In this document: in pieces, positions 15,315 through 23,665 of the stretch
Layout: the number at the start of each line of letters is the position of its first letter
Position numbering within the stretch: the first letter of the stretch is position 1
Virus record (IMG/VR): IMGVR_UViG_3300044825_000512
Coordinates: 1 to 60,271 of that record
Length of the DNA: 60,271 nt
Strand: one strand, 5' to 3'
From: a virus
Notes under the pieces: model-generated
Seen by the model: the letters and a program-made list of their open reading frames with translations, nothing else
What the model was told of the DNA's origin: nothing
The model's database searches: none
Made by a program: the position numbers and the translations under genes

Positions 15315-15698
15315 ATGGGTTTACCTGAGTTTGTTGATGTTGCTCCGTGCCGTTCTGCCGACCCTTGGTTATTCGACCAATATCAAATCGACTTAGCGCA
15401 ACCAGCACTTTCGTATTGTTCCCGATGTAAGTTTTGGCAAGAGTGTGACTCTCTAGTTCAGCCTAAGACTAATCATTACGATGGAATTGTTGCGGGAAAA
15501 GTTTGGAGAAATGGTCGCGTATTGGCTAAGTTAGATTCCTCTTCCCCCAATCGCCTAGTAGTCGGAGAGGAACCTGATGAAGATATTGATGCCATGGAAT
15601 TTCGAGGGAGCGAGTTGTTGGGGGATAGATACGGATTTCTTCTTCCCCGAGAACCATGGGATAACGGAGGAGAACCGAGTAGCCAAGAAGATTTGTAA
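15315..15698 (+). CDS. WhiB-like Fe-S transcription factor (divergent paralog with long tail)
   Basis: C12-x23-C36-x2-C39-x5-C45 (APCRS...YCSRCKFWQEC). The turn motif is degenerate (GIVAG). The 55-aa tail overlaps the next gene by 122 nt. Confidence 0.7.
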   Translation: MGLPEFVDVAPCRSADPWLFDQYQIDLAQPALSYCSRCKFWQECDSLVQPKTNHYDGIVAGKVWRNGRVLAKLDSSSPNRLVVGEEPDEDIDAMEFRGSELLGDRYGFLLPREPWDNGGEPSSQEDL

Positions 15699-15852
15699 CT
15701 CATGTAGGTGGAAGCAAGAATGTCTGACCTATGCGTTACATTATCGAGTGCTTGGAATTTGGGGCGGAACTTCCGAATCAGAGCGCAAGAGAATGAGAAG
15801 AAAACTAAATATCATCCCTAAACCGATTACGAATGAGAGGAATGTCGCATGA
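15577..15852 (+). CDS. whiB: WhiB family transcription factor
   Basis: ASCWG...DFFFPE...ICNSCRWKQEC...GIWGG, with basic tail ERKRMRRKL. The GGAGAGGA SD lies 5 nt upstream of the ATG at 15577. Confidence 0.9.
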   Translation: MKILMPWNFEGASCWGIDTDFFFPENHGITEENRVAKKICNSCRWKQECLTYALHYRVLGIWGGTSESERKRMRRKLNIIPKPITNERNVA

Positions 15853-16292
15853 CAGCAATATCAATCGCTGGCAATCTCGCTGGTGACCCTGAACTTAGAT
15901 TTACTCCGAATGGCAAAGCCTGTGCCACTTTTACAGTCATCAGTTCTAAATCTACAAAGAAGCCCGATGGTACTTGGGAAAATACCGATGTCACTCCTTG
16001 GTCAATCAAGTGCTGGAATAAACTCGCTGAAAATGTTTGCGATTCTCTAAAGAAGGGAATGGGCGTAATTATCCAAGGCACCGCAGTTTGGGAATCTTGG
16101 GATGATAAAAACACGGGCGAGAAAAAAGGTCGCATGACGGTAACCGCTTTCAATGTCGGTGTTGATTTGAAGCGTCACATAGTCAATGTGGTTGATGTCC
16201 GACGCAATGGCGAGGGCGATATGGAAGTAGACCCATGGAGCGCCCCAACTTGGAAGAAGGAACCCGAGGTTCCTGAGTCGTTTCCTTTCTAA
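15849..16292 (+). CDS. ssb: Single-stranded DNA-binding protein
   Basis: OB-fold N-terminus ISIAGNLAGDPELRFTPNGKACATFTV and acidic/aromatic C-terminal tip PESFPF. Confidence 0.9.
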   Translation: MTAISIAGNLAGDPELRFTPNGKACATFTVISSKSTKKPDGTWENTDVTPWSIKCWNKLAENVCDSLKKGMGVIIQGTAVWESWDDKNTGEKKGRMTVTAFNVGVDLKRHIVNVVDVRRNGEGDMEVDPWSAPTWKKEPEVPESFPF

Positions 16293-16304
16293 CCCTGATA
16301 TAGT
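16289..16304 (+). promoter_or_regulatory. Conserved promoter motif (short-spacer variant)
   Basis: CTAACCCTGATATAGT, with the ssb TAA stop inside the motif. TGaTATAGT is an extended -10. Confidence 0.45.
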
Positions 16305-16341
16305 ATTATTAGGGTTGAAAAACTCTCGAAGGGAGTTGTAA

Positions 16342-16641
16342 ATGGCTTGGACTGATTATTTCGTAAAGGAATTACCTAGCGCGAAAACTGTCGTTTCACC
16401 TGATGGTCGTCCTTTTATTTCGATGGAGATTGCTCCAAAGGAATATGTGGAAGTTCATCTGACCACTAGCGAATTTGAATTACCATTCAAAGTTATCTTC
16501 AAGAGATTTGACCAACTTGGCGGATTGCTTGAAGAGCGCGAATACGCACAGGCTGGAACAAAAGATTTAGCGCGAAAGTGTGCCTTAGAGACAGCAACTT
16601 TCCGATTGAATTGTTTTGAATTTGTACTCGACGGAGAATAA
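16342..16641 (+). CDS. Hypothetical protein
   Basis: 99-aa ORF with a GAAGGGAG SD. Confidence 0.7.
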   Translation: MAWTDYFVKELPSAKTVVSPDGRPFISMEIAPKEYVEVHLTTSEFELPFKVIFKRFDQLGGLLEEREYAQAGTKDLARKCALETATFRLNCFEFVLDGE

Positions 16642-16663
16642 AAAGGCAAAAATCACCTAACGG

Positions 16664-16669
16664 TATAAT
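16664..16669 (+). promoter_or_regulatory. -10 box (cGGTATAAT) placed 6 nt before a start codon: leaderless-type promoter
   Basis: TATAAT-cgacgg-GTG(16676) with no SD. The same geometry occurs at 21125. Confidence 0.45.
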
Positions 16670-16675
16670 CGACGG

Positions 16676-16837
16676 GTGTACGATAACCTTTCGCCGAATC
16701 GTGATGGTGTCGTCTCTGTGCTTGGGACTTTTGCTATCCAAACTCATGAATTATATTCGGAGTTGGTAAAGGCGGGATTCAACGAGCAACAGGCAATCAG
16801 TATCGTTGTTGGATTAGCCAATAAAGATAGAGAGTAG
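16676..16837 (+). CDS. Small hypothetical protein, possibly leaderless (below ORF-track cutoff)
   Basis: GTG start. 53 aa, VYDNLSPNRDGVVSVLGTFAIQTHELYSELVKAGFNEQQAISIVVGLANKDRE. It ends 13 nt before the portal gene. Confidence 0.4.
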   Translation: MYDNLSPNRDGVVSVLGTFAIQTHELYSELVKAGFNEQQAISIVVGLANKDRE

Positions 16838-16850
16838 TCGAGAGGTATAG

Positions 16851-18290
16851 ATGGCAGACAAACCAACACCCGACCTTACAGAACTTGGCTCTACGGGTCT
16901 ACGCCGTTCAGGTGGAACCGTCTATGAAGAATTTCTTGTCAATCTCCGTGGAATTCGCGGAGCAAAAACTTATCGAGAAATGGCGGATAACGACCCGACC
17001 ATTGGCTCGATGTTATTCGCAATCGAAAAAGTTATTACTCGTCTTGAGTGGCGTGTAGACCCTTACACCGATGGTTCTGAAGATGGAGAGATTACAACCG
17101 AGGATAAAGAAGTAGCCGCGTTCGTAGAATCATGCTTGAACGATATGTCGGATTCATGGGATTCGACTTTATCTCAGATGCTTTCAATGTTGGTCTTTGG
17201 TTATTCATATCATGAAATTGTTTACAAAGTTCGTGGCGGAGATGTAAGAGACCCACGCAAGAATTCTAAATTCAATGATGGTCGTATTGGCTGGCGCAAG
17301 ATGCCTATTCGCGCTCAAGAGACTTTGTTCCGTTGGGTGATGGATGATGACGGTGGAATCCAAGGAATGATTCAAGTAGACCCTTCAACGGGCGGAACTC
17401 ACATGATTCCGATTGAGAAGGCTTTGCTATTCCGTACAACAACTCAAAAGAATAACCCTGAAGGTCGTTCAATTCTTCGTAATGCGTATCGCCCTTGGTT
17501 TTTCAAGCGCCGTATCGAAGAGATTGAAGCAATCGGTATTGAGCGTGACCTTGCTGGTCTACCTGTTGCCTATGTTCCACCTGAGTTTCTATCTTCAACA
17601 GCAACCGCTGAACAAGCATCAGTTCTCGCATCAATTCAAAACATCGTTACCTCTATCAAGCGTAACGAGCAAGAGGGAATCGTCATGCCTTCAATGTATG
17701 ACGACCAAGGACACAAAGTATTTGATTTAGTTCTTTTATCTTCAGGTGGTTCTCGTCAGTTCGATACAGACAAGATTATCCAGCGCTATGACCAAAGAAT
17801 CTCGATGTCCATTCTTTCAGACTTCATTCTTCTTGGTTCTGACCGTGTTGGTTCTTATGCCCTTGGAACTTCCAAGATGGATTTGTGGTCAATGGCTGTT
17901 GATTCAATCGCCAAGAACATTGCTGAGGTAATGAATCAGTATGCGATTCCACGCCTTCTCAAACTCAACGGAATGAATCCATCCCGCGCTCCATTCCTAA
18001 CCTATGGCGAAGTAAGCCATGTTGATTTGAATGAAATCTCTGCCTTCGTTGCGAACTTGGCTTCGGCTGGCGTTCTTGTTCCTGACCCTAAGTTGGAAGA
18101 GTATCTCCGCGAACTTGCTGGACTTCCACCTGCTGAACATGATGGACAGAATTTTGGTATGCCTCCGATGCCCGAGGGTGCTGGAATTCCTCCGATGCCT
18201 GAAGAGCCTCAAGGCGCAGGTGAAGAAGAATTGCCTCCACCTCCACCGACACCTGAAGGATTGAATCCGAATCTTCCTGAAGTTGGTTAG
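16851..18290 (+). CDS. Portal protein
   Basis: 479 aa. N-terminal YREMADNDPTIGSMLFAIEKVI is typical of portal families. An acidic/Pro-rich C-terminus, and it lies directly upstream of the MuF gene. Confidence 0.85.
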   Translation: MADKPTPDLTELGSTGLRRSGGTVYEEFLVNLRGIRGAKTYREMADNDPTIGSMLFAIEKVITRLEWRVDPYTDGSEDGEITTEDKEVAAFVESCLNDMSDSWDSTLSQMLSMLVFGYSYHEIVYKVRGGDVRDPRKNSKFNDGRIGWRKMPIRAQETLFRWVMDDDGGIQGMIQVDPSTGGTHMIPIEKALLFRTTTQKNNPEGRSILRNAYRPWFFKRRIEEIEAIGIERDLAGLPVAYVPPEFLSSTATAEQASVLASIQNIVTSIKRNEQEGIVMPSMYDDQGHKVFDLVLLSSGGSRQFDTDKIIQRYDQRISMSILSDFILLGSDRVGSYALGTSKMDLWSMAVDSIAKNIAEVMNQYAIPRLLKLNGMNPSRAPFLTYGEVSHVDLNEISAFVANLASAGVLVPDPKLEEYLRELAGLPPAEHDGQNFGMPPMPEGAGIPPMPEEPQGAGEEELPPPPPTPEGLNPNLPEVG

Positions 18291-18292
18291 AG

Positions 18293-19297
18293 ATGCCATT
18301 TCGTTTTGCGAAAGCGGAAAGACCTCGGCGGATTCCTCTAAGTCCTGAAGAGCAAGCCCTTGCCCGTACTCTTTATGAATCAATTCAAAGAGCAACAGAC
18401 AAAATATCAATGAAGCAACTGGAGCGCTTGCTCCGTAATCTTGACCCACAAACTTTAGAGCGCTTGGTAAGTGCTATCACTATTGCTAATCAGAAAAGAA
18501 TTCAAGAAGCATTATTAGCCTCGATTGATATTGGTGGCAATAAAGCGATTGAACAGATTCAAGATATTGCTCCTAAGTTAGCCCTTCCAGCCTTCACACC
18601 AAGTAAAGTAAAGATAACCAATAAAAAGCCTATGGCTAACATGGAGTTCACACAGGTTCCTATGTGGGCGCAATCTCGACGACCTAAAGTAGATTTCAAG
18701 ATGTCTTTCAATAAGACTAATCCAAACTCTTTAGCCTTTGCCGAGCGCCGTGCTGGAGAACTTGTAGTTGCTATTGATAACTTGAGTCGTATCGCAATTC
18801 GTCAAACAATTATTGATGCCTTCAATGAACAGTTAGATTACAGAGCAACAGCCAAGAGAATCAAGAATGTTGTGGGACTTCACCCTCAATGGGCTAAAGC
18901 AGTTACAAAATTTGAACGAGATGAATTCGCTCGTCTAGTTCGTAGCGGATTGAAAGAAGAGACCGCTCGCGCTCGCGCCATGGAACGAGCATCACGATAT
19001 TCAGATTCTCTCAAGAGTAAACGAGCCACCATGATTGCTCGTACAGAGATTCAAATTGCTCAGAATGAGGGACGCTATGAAGGATGGAAACAAGCGGCTG
19101 AAGAAGGATTCGTAGACCCTGAAGCACAAAAAATGTGGGTTACTGCTCCCGATGAAAGAACTTGCGATATATGCGCTCCGCTAGACGGAGAACTTGTTCC
19201 TTGGAATGGTTCATTCTCAATCGGACTTGAAGCGCCAATCGTTCACCCTAATTGCCGTTGTACCATGGTAATCATTCCACCCGAAAGACGCCGATGA
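18293..19297 (+). CDS. Head morphogenesis protein, SPP1 gp7 / Mu F-like (MuF)
   Basis: C-terminal signature MIARTEIQIAQNEG...DERTCDICAPLDGELV...HPNCRCT. Confidence 0.9.
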   Translation: MPFRFAKAERPRRIPLSPEEQALARTLYESIQRATDKISMKQLERLLRNLDPQTLERLVSAITIANQKRIQEALLASIDIGGNKAIEQIQDIAPKLALPAFTPSKVKITNKKPMANMEFTQVPMWAQSRRPKVDFKMSFNKTNPNSLAFAERRAGELVVAIDNLSRIAIRQTIIDAFNEQLDYRATAKRIKNVVGLHPQWAKAVTKFERDEFARLVRSGLKEETARARAMERASRYSDSLKSKRATMIARTEIQIAQNEGRYEGWKQAAEEGFVDPEAQKMWVTAPDERTCDICAPLDGELVPWNGSFSIGLEAPIVHPNCRCTMVIIPPERRR

Positions 19298-21117
19298 CAA
19301 CCACTATCAATCTTCCTATTGGCTATCGTCCAGTTCTAAAACATGGCGAGCATGACCAGTCAAGCCATGGCTCATGGGCGCACGGGGTTCAGGTAGAGCC
19401 TGAAGTGGTTCGCTCGGTTCTTGATAGGGTCAAAGAGAACGGTGGTCTCTCAGTAAGCCTCAAGGACGGCTCAGAGCCTACAAAAGGCTTCATGGTCGCT
19501 AAGGGCAAGAAGTACGCCGCAATCGTGAAGGCGGATGACTTCTTCGATGAAGCCAAGGGCGCAGAGATTCTTTCCTCATACATGAAACAGCATAAGGCTG
19601 ACCTAGCAACAGGGAAAAACTACCTCGGTTTATGGCACAATACCGAGGATGGACAGGTCTACCTTGATGTATCAGAAAACATCATGGATGAGGGAGAGGC
19701 TACTTCAAGAGGTCGTGAACGCGACCAAATTTCCATTTGGGATGTAGCAAACTTCAAGGAAGTACAGACAGGAGGAACAGGTGGCATCGAAAAAACTCGA
19801 GGCAGTCGAACTACCCGATATGTCAAACATGACAGACGAGCAGATAGACGCATACGCCAAAGAGATTTGGGCGAAACTCGCACAAGGCAAACAAGATTCG
19901 AAGTAATCTATTTTGACTTTGGGTTGAAACCCGTATTCAAACATGGGGAACATGACCAATCAGAGCATGGCAACTGGGCGCGTGGATTTACAGATAGCGA
20001 GCGCGAACTTATTGAACGCATGGATGGGGTTGGTCCTAGTCTTGAAGATTTAGATAATGTAATCAAAGATGATAGAGAAGTTTCAGACGACGAAATTCGT
20101 ATGATGGTTGATAATGACCGCGATATGTATGACATCATTCAAGGAATGGTTGATGACAAGATGGCTTATCATCAAGATGAAATTTCTAAAATGCCCGAAA
20201 ACGAACAAATTAGAGTTCGTGAACAAATGGAAGATATGGCTCGAGACCAATATATTTCTGAAAACTATGATGATTTAGCAGAGCGTGTTCGCCTTGAATC
20301 GGGAGATAGCGGAGCGGTGGATGCTTCCGAACTTACCCCTTATTTTGATGAAGTCTATTCAATAGAACATACTGGAACAAGTGCGAGCGGTGTCGAAGTA
20401 ACTCTCCGCAGTAGTGTTGAAGAAGTTTACAGAGACGGCGATGACATCATGGTTAGCGCTGGCGTTTACGATGAGGACAATAATCGAGTTGGTGAAGTTA
20501 GCCGAAGATTCTTCAAAGAAAATGGCACATGGAATGTTGAACACGCCTTACTTGCTTTAGAAAGTGATGATGTTCGAGGTACTGGCTTTGGCAAAGAATT
20601 CATTAGGCAATCTGAGGCTTGGTACACAGCAAAAGGCATGGGTTATATCGAAGTTGGTACAGCATGGGACGGCGCTCGCCATTGGGCTAGAGCGGGTTAT
20701 GATTTTGCGCCCGATAAGGTTGTAAGAAATCTCAGTACAATCGCAAACGAAGTAGCAATGAGTCCTGAATCCTATGGAGCAAACACACCAGCGGGTAAAG
20801 AATTTGATTCGATTATGTCTCGCGCTACAAACGATTATCGCCGAGATTCTGAAGGTAGACCAACTTGGTCTACGGTAAAAGATATGAAAGAAGATAACTT
20901 TCCTTTACCCGCCGAATTCGCCAACATTGGATATAAGAGTGGCGATACTGAATGGGCTGGAAAGAATTTGATGTATGGATTGAAAATGTATTATGTCAAG
21001 GCTCTTACCGCTGAAGGTCAAAAACTTCTTGAGGGTCCTATTGACCACGATGGGGATGGATTGATTTACGATGGAACAGCCCGTGAGAAACCAGCGCCTA
21101 GTGGCGGAAACAAATAA
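19294..21117 (+). CDS. Large head-module protein with two KHGEHDQS(S/E)HG motifs and a GNAT-like acetyltransferase-fold C-terminal domain
   Basis: ATGA-coupled start at 19294. Motifs at 19339..19380 and 19939..19980. GNAT motif A-like VRGTGFGKEF, then ...WARAGYDF. Confidence 0.75.
   Translation: MTTTINLPIGYRPVLKHGEHDQSSHGSWAHGVQVEPEVVRSVLDRVKENGGLSVSLKDGSEPTKGFMVAKGKKYAAIVKADDFFDEAKGAEILSSYMKQHKADLATGKNYLGLWHNTEDGQVYLDVSENIMDEGEATSRGRERDQISIWDVANFKEVQTGGTGGIEKTRGSRTTRYVKHDRRADRRIRQRDLGETRTRQTRFEVIYFDFGLKPVFKHGEHDQSEHGNWARGFTDSERELIERMDGVGPSLEDLDNVIKDDREVSDDEIRMMVDNDRDMYDIIQGMVDDKMAYHQDEISKMPENEQIRVREQMEDMARDQYISENYDDLAERVRLESGDSGAVDASELTPYFDEVYSIEHTGTSASGVEVTLRSSVEEVYRDGDDIMVSAGVYDEDNNRVGEVSRRFFKENGTWNVEHALLALESDDVRGTGFGKEFIRQSEAWYTAKGMGYIEVGTAWDGARHWARAGYDFAPDKVVRNLSTIANEVAMSPESYGANTPAGKEFDSIMSRATNDYRRDSEGRPTWSTVKDMKEDNFPLPAEFANIGYKSGDTEWAGKNLMYGLKMYYVKALTAEGQKLLEGPIDHDGDGLIYDGTAREKPAPSGGNK
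19781..19906 (+). CDS. Embedded +1-frame ORF with strong SD (overlapping gene, or sign of a frameshift in 19294..21117)
   Basis: AGGAGG-aacag-GTG. 41 aa, ASKKLEAVELPDMSNMTDEQIDAYAKEIWAKLAQGKQDSK. The co-linear zero frame is unusually Arg-rich. Confidence 0.3.
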   Translation: MASKKLEAVELPDMSNMTDEQIDAYAKEIWAKLAQGKQDSK

Positions 21118-21124
21118 ACTGCGG

Positions 21125-21130
21125 TATAAT
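21125..21130 (+). promoter_or_regulatory. -10 box (cGGTATAAT) 6 nt before a start codon: leaderless-type promoter
   Basis: TATAAT-tagatt-ATG(21137) with no SD. Confidence 0.45.
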
Positions 21131-21136
21131 TAGATT

Positions 21137-21301
21137 ATGACAAGTAGACGAGAGAAGATAAAAGCCATCCAAGAGGCTTATGCCAAATGGGAAGAGGGCG
21201 TTACTTTCACCTCTAATACTGGCGCGGGCGACGAAGATGAATCTAAAATTATGAGTGAAATACAAACCATCCTTCAAGGAAATAAACCGCAGTCAGAATA
21301 A
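21137..21301 (+). CDS. Small hypothetical protein, possibly leaderless (below ORF-track cutoff)
   Basis: 54 aa, MTSRREKIKAIQEAYAKWEEGVTFTSNTGAGDEDESKIMSEIQTILQGNKPQSE. Confidence 0.45.
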   Translation: MTSRREKIKAIQEAYAKWEEGVTFTSNTGAGDEDESKIMSEIQTILQGNKPQSE

Positions 21302-21320
21302 CATCCGCTATCCTTAGAAC

Positions 21321-22955
21321 ATGGCGGATATTGCTCCTAAACTGATTCACCTAAGCGCTGAGAAACTCAATGCGCTACATGAGCGTGTCCATAAGTCGGA
21401 AGCAACCCCCGCGATTATCGAGGTTCACCACACAATTCTCAATGAGATGGCTCGTCGCAAGATGGAGCGCCCTCAAGATGATTGGGATAAGTACGAGATT
21501 CTTGTTGATTCAATCGACAATGTAGACCTAACCACCCTTGGCGGATTACCAGCCGAAACAGTTCTTGAAGTCATCAAGGCGACAGGTGATACCGCTGGCA
21601 ATATCAAAACCTTCCTGACCGTCAATGGTTATCAGATGCGAGTAGAACCCGTTGAAAAGCGAATCCAACAAGAAGATGGAAAATGGATTGTTTACAACGA
21701 AGAGGGAACAAGAAGTTTTGGAAGTTACGATTCCAAAGAAGAGGCTGAAGAACGGCTTCGTCAGATTCATGCGTTTTCAAAAGCCGACGATACTTACACT
21801 CCACCAAAGGCAGTACGCGCCGCGGCGCAACGAGCGATTGAATGGATTGATAACGGTCTTGCTGGAGATGGATTTACTTCCGTCGGTAGAACAAGAGCGG
21901 GTCAATTAGCCCGTGGTGAAAACATCAGTATCGAAACTCTCAAGCGAATGAAATCATTCTTCTCTCGTCACGCAGTTGATGATAAAGCGGTTGGATTCAA
22001 TCGCGGAGAAAAAGGATTCCCTAGCGCTGGTCGAGTTGCGTGGGATGCTTGGGGTGGAGATGCTGGATTCGCATGGGCTGAATCAATGGTTGAGCGATAT
22101 GAGAATCGAGTAGAAAAACATGGAGACCATGACCAATCCTCACACGGAGCGTGGGCTGGCGGAAATGCTGGTGGAGAAGATGGTGGCTCATCTCGCCCCC
22201 GTATGGCAGATGATGTCAAGCCAAGTTCAGAGCGAAGCGCAGATGCCGTCAAACAAGCAGAGCGACTAAGAAGAGACGCAGAGGCAGTAGAACCCGCAGT
22301 CACTTCTTTGATGGAAGGTATTGCTAAAACTATCGGTGCTGATTTCGCAGTTCTCGATGGCAAGAGTTCTCTTGAACAAAGATTGAAGTCCACAGATTCA
22401 CTTGCTCGCAAGATTGATGCCGATGCTGAAAAAGACCATGGCGGAGATAGAGAGAAAGCGGCGAACGCAATCTCCGATGCTGTTCGATACACACTCAATG
22501 TTGATGAAGCCGATTACACAGATGGCGTAGAAAAAACTGTTGATGCTTTGGAAGCAACAGGTTGGAAAGTTGAATCAGTCAAAAACTTTTGGCAAGCGGG
22601 TGACCCTTACGATGGCACCAATATCAAACTTAGCAAAGACGGCGTGAAGGTTGAACTACAACTTCACACTCCACAATCTCACCGAGTCAAAGAGGTTGAT
22701 TTACACACAGATTATGAGACCTATCGTAAATCGACTGATAATGCTGAACGCAAGCAGATTTGGGACAGAATGGTTGAGAAGGCTAAGGCGATTCCACGCC
22801 CTGCCAATATGGGCAAACTTATGACCCTTGGAACCCTCGTAGTCCAAACCTACGAGACGGCTCAACAGGCTGGATTGACTAAATCAACTGGGGTTGATAT
22901 TCTATGGTCAATAACGAGAGGAGGTATAGCCGTATGCGGTATTTCGCAAAACTAG
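21321..22955 (+). CDS. Large head-module protein with KHGDHDQSSHG motif and C-terminal RelA/SpoT-like (small alarmone synthetase / toxSAS-like) nucleotidyltransferase domain
   Basis: 544 aa. Ordered RSH synthetase motifs: RLKSTDSLARKI, ISDAVRYTL, DPYDGTNIKL, VELQLHTPQS and HTDYETYR. The peptide motif is at 22116..22157. Confidence 0.8.
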   Translation: MADIAPKLIHLSAEKLNALHERVHKSEATPAIIEVHHTILNEMARRKMERPQDDWDKYEILVDSIDNVDLTTLGGLPAETVLEVIKATGDTAGNIKTFLTVNGYQMRVEPVEKRIQQEDGKWIVYNEEGTRSFGSYDSKEEAEERLRQIHAFSKADDTYTPPKAVRAAAQRAIEWIDNGLAGDGFTSVGRTRAGQLARGENISIETLKRMKSFFSRHAVDDKAVGFNRGEKGFPSAGRVAWDAWGGDAGFAWAESMVERYENRVEKHGDHDQSSHGAWAGGNAGGEDGGSSRPRMADDVKPSSERSADAVKQAERLRRDAEAVEPAVTSLMEGIAKTIGADFAVLDGKSSLEQRLKSTDSLARKIDADAEKDHGGDREKAANAISDAVRYTLNVDEADYTDGVEKTVDALEATGWKVESVKNFWQAGDPYDGTNIKLSKDGVKVELQLHTPQSHRVKEVDLHTDYETYRKSTDNAERKQIWDRMVEKAKAIPRPANMGKLMTLGTLVVQTYETAQQAGLTKSTGVDILWSITRGGIAVCGISQN

Positions 22956-23665
22956 GGGCTAACAATGAGGCGATAAACATTTATCGCTTTGAGGTTGGCG
23001 ACACAGAGATGGTCGAGGACAGATGGGATTTACGCAGTAGTTCTTGGGTCAATAATCCTGATGCCGATGTTGTTCGTTACCTAACGCAAGGCGAAGGTGA
23101 TTTCCAAGAGTTAGCCGAAGAGGTTGCTCGTCAGATTTTTCCTCAAGCCTTCACCGAAGAAGCAACAAAGGCTCTAGGTAAGTTTGATTTACAGAAAGCC
23201 GAAGGGGAAAAGCGTTACACCCTTGGAGCCATGTACATCCCTGATATGGAAGATGCTCATGGAGAGTGGACGGATTCCGATGAATTACAAAGAGCAGTTT
23301 GGGATTATGTAAGAAGCAATGACCGCCGTATTCGTTTACAGCACAACAAAGAAGTAGTCGCTGGCGAATGGGTTGAAGTCATGGCATTTCCATATTCACT
23401 TACAGTTCCAATCAAGACTCCCGAAGGAGAAGAGTTTCAACATACCTATCCACCGAACACGGTGTTCTTAGGTGTCATTTGGGAACCTTGGGCATGGAAC
23501 ATGGTTCAAGAAGGAAAGATTCGTGGGTATTCAATCGGTGGAAAAGCCGAGCGTTTATTTGTCGATATTGATTTAGAGAAAAACGACCCAACGGTGTCGG
23601 ATGTACATATTGATACAATTATGTCCCCGTCGAAAAAGAAGCCAAAAAAGGACGAAACTGTATGA
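22934..23665 (+). CDS. XkdF-like prohead protease
   Basis: GAGAGGAGG SD before the ATG at 22934. KRYTLGAMYIPDMEDAHGEWTD...RIRLQHN...IRGYSIGG matches my recollection of the PBSX XkdF family. Confidence 0.7.
   Translation: MRYFAKLGANNEAINIYRFEVGDTEMVEDRWDLRSSSWVNNPDADVVRYLTQGEGDFQELAEEVARQIFPQAFTEEATKALGKFDLQKAEGEKRYTLGAMYIPDMEDAHGEWTDSDELQRAVWDYVRSNDRRIRLQHNKEVVAGEWVEVMAFPYSLTVPIKTPEGEEFQHTYPPNTVFLGVIWEPWAWNMVQEGKIRGYSIGGKAERLFVDIDLEKNDPTVSDVHIDTIMSPSKKKPKKDETV

Noticed and set aside
16291-16317. Inverted repeat AACCCT-N14-AGGGTT after ssb, considered as a terminator
   Set aside because: Only a 6-bp stem with a 14-nt loop and no T-tract. The left arm is part of the recurrent CTAACCC promoter motif, which explains it better.
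21968-22498. 176-aa minus-strand ORF inside the RelA/SpoT-like protein gene
   Set aside because: Ser/Ala/Pro-rich antisense reading of a gene with clear domain motifs on the plus strand.
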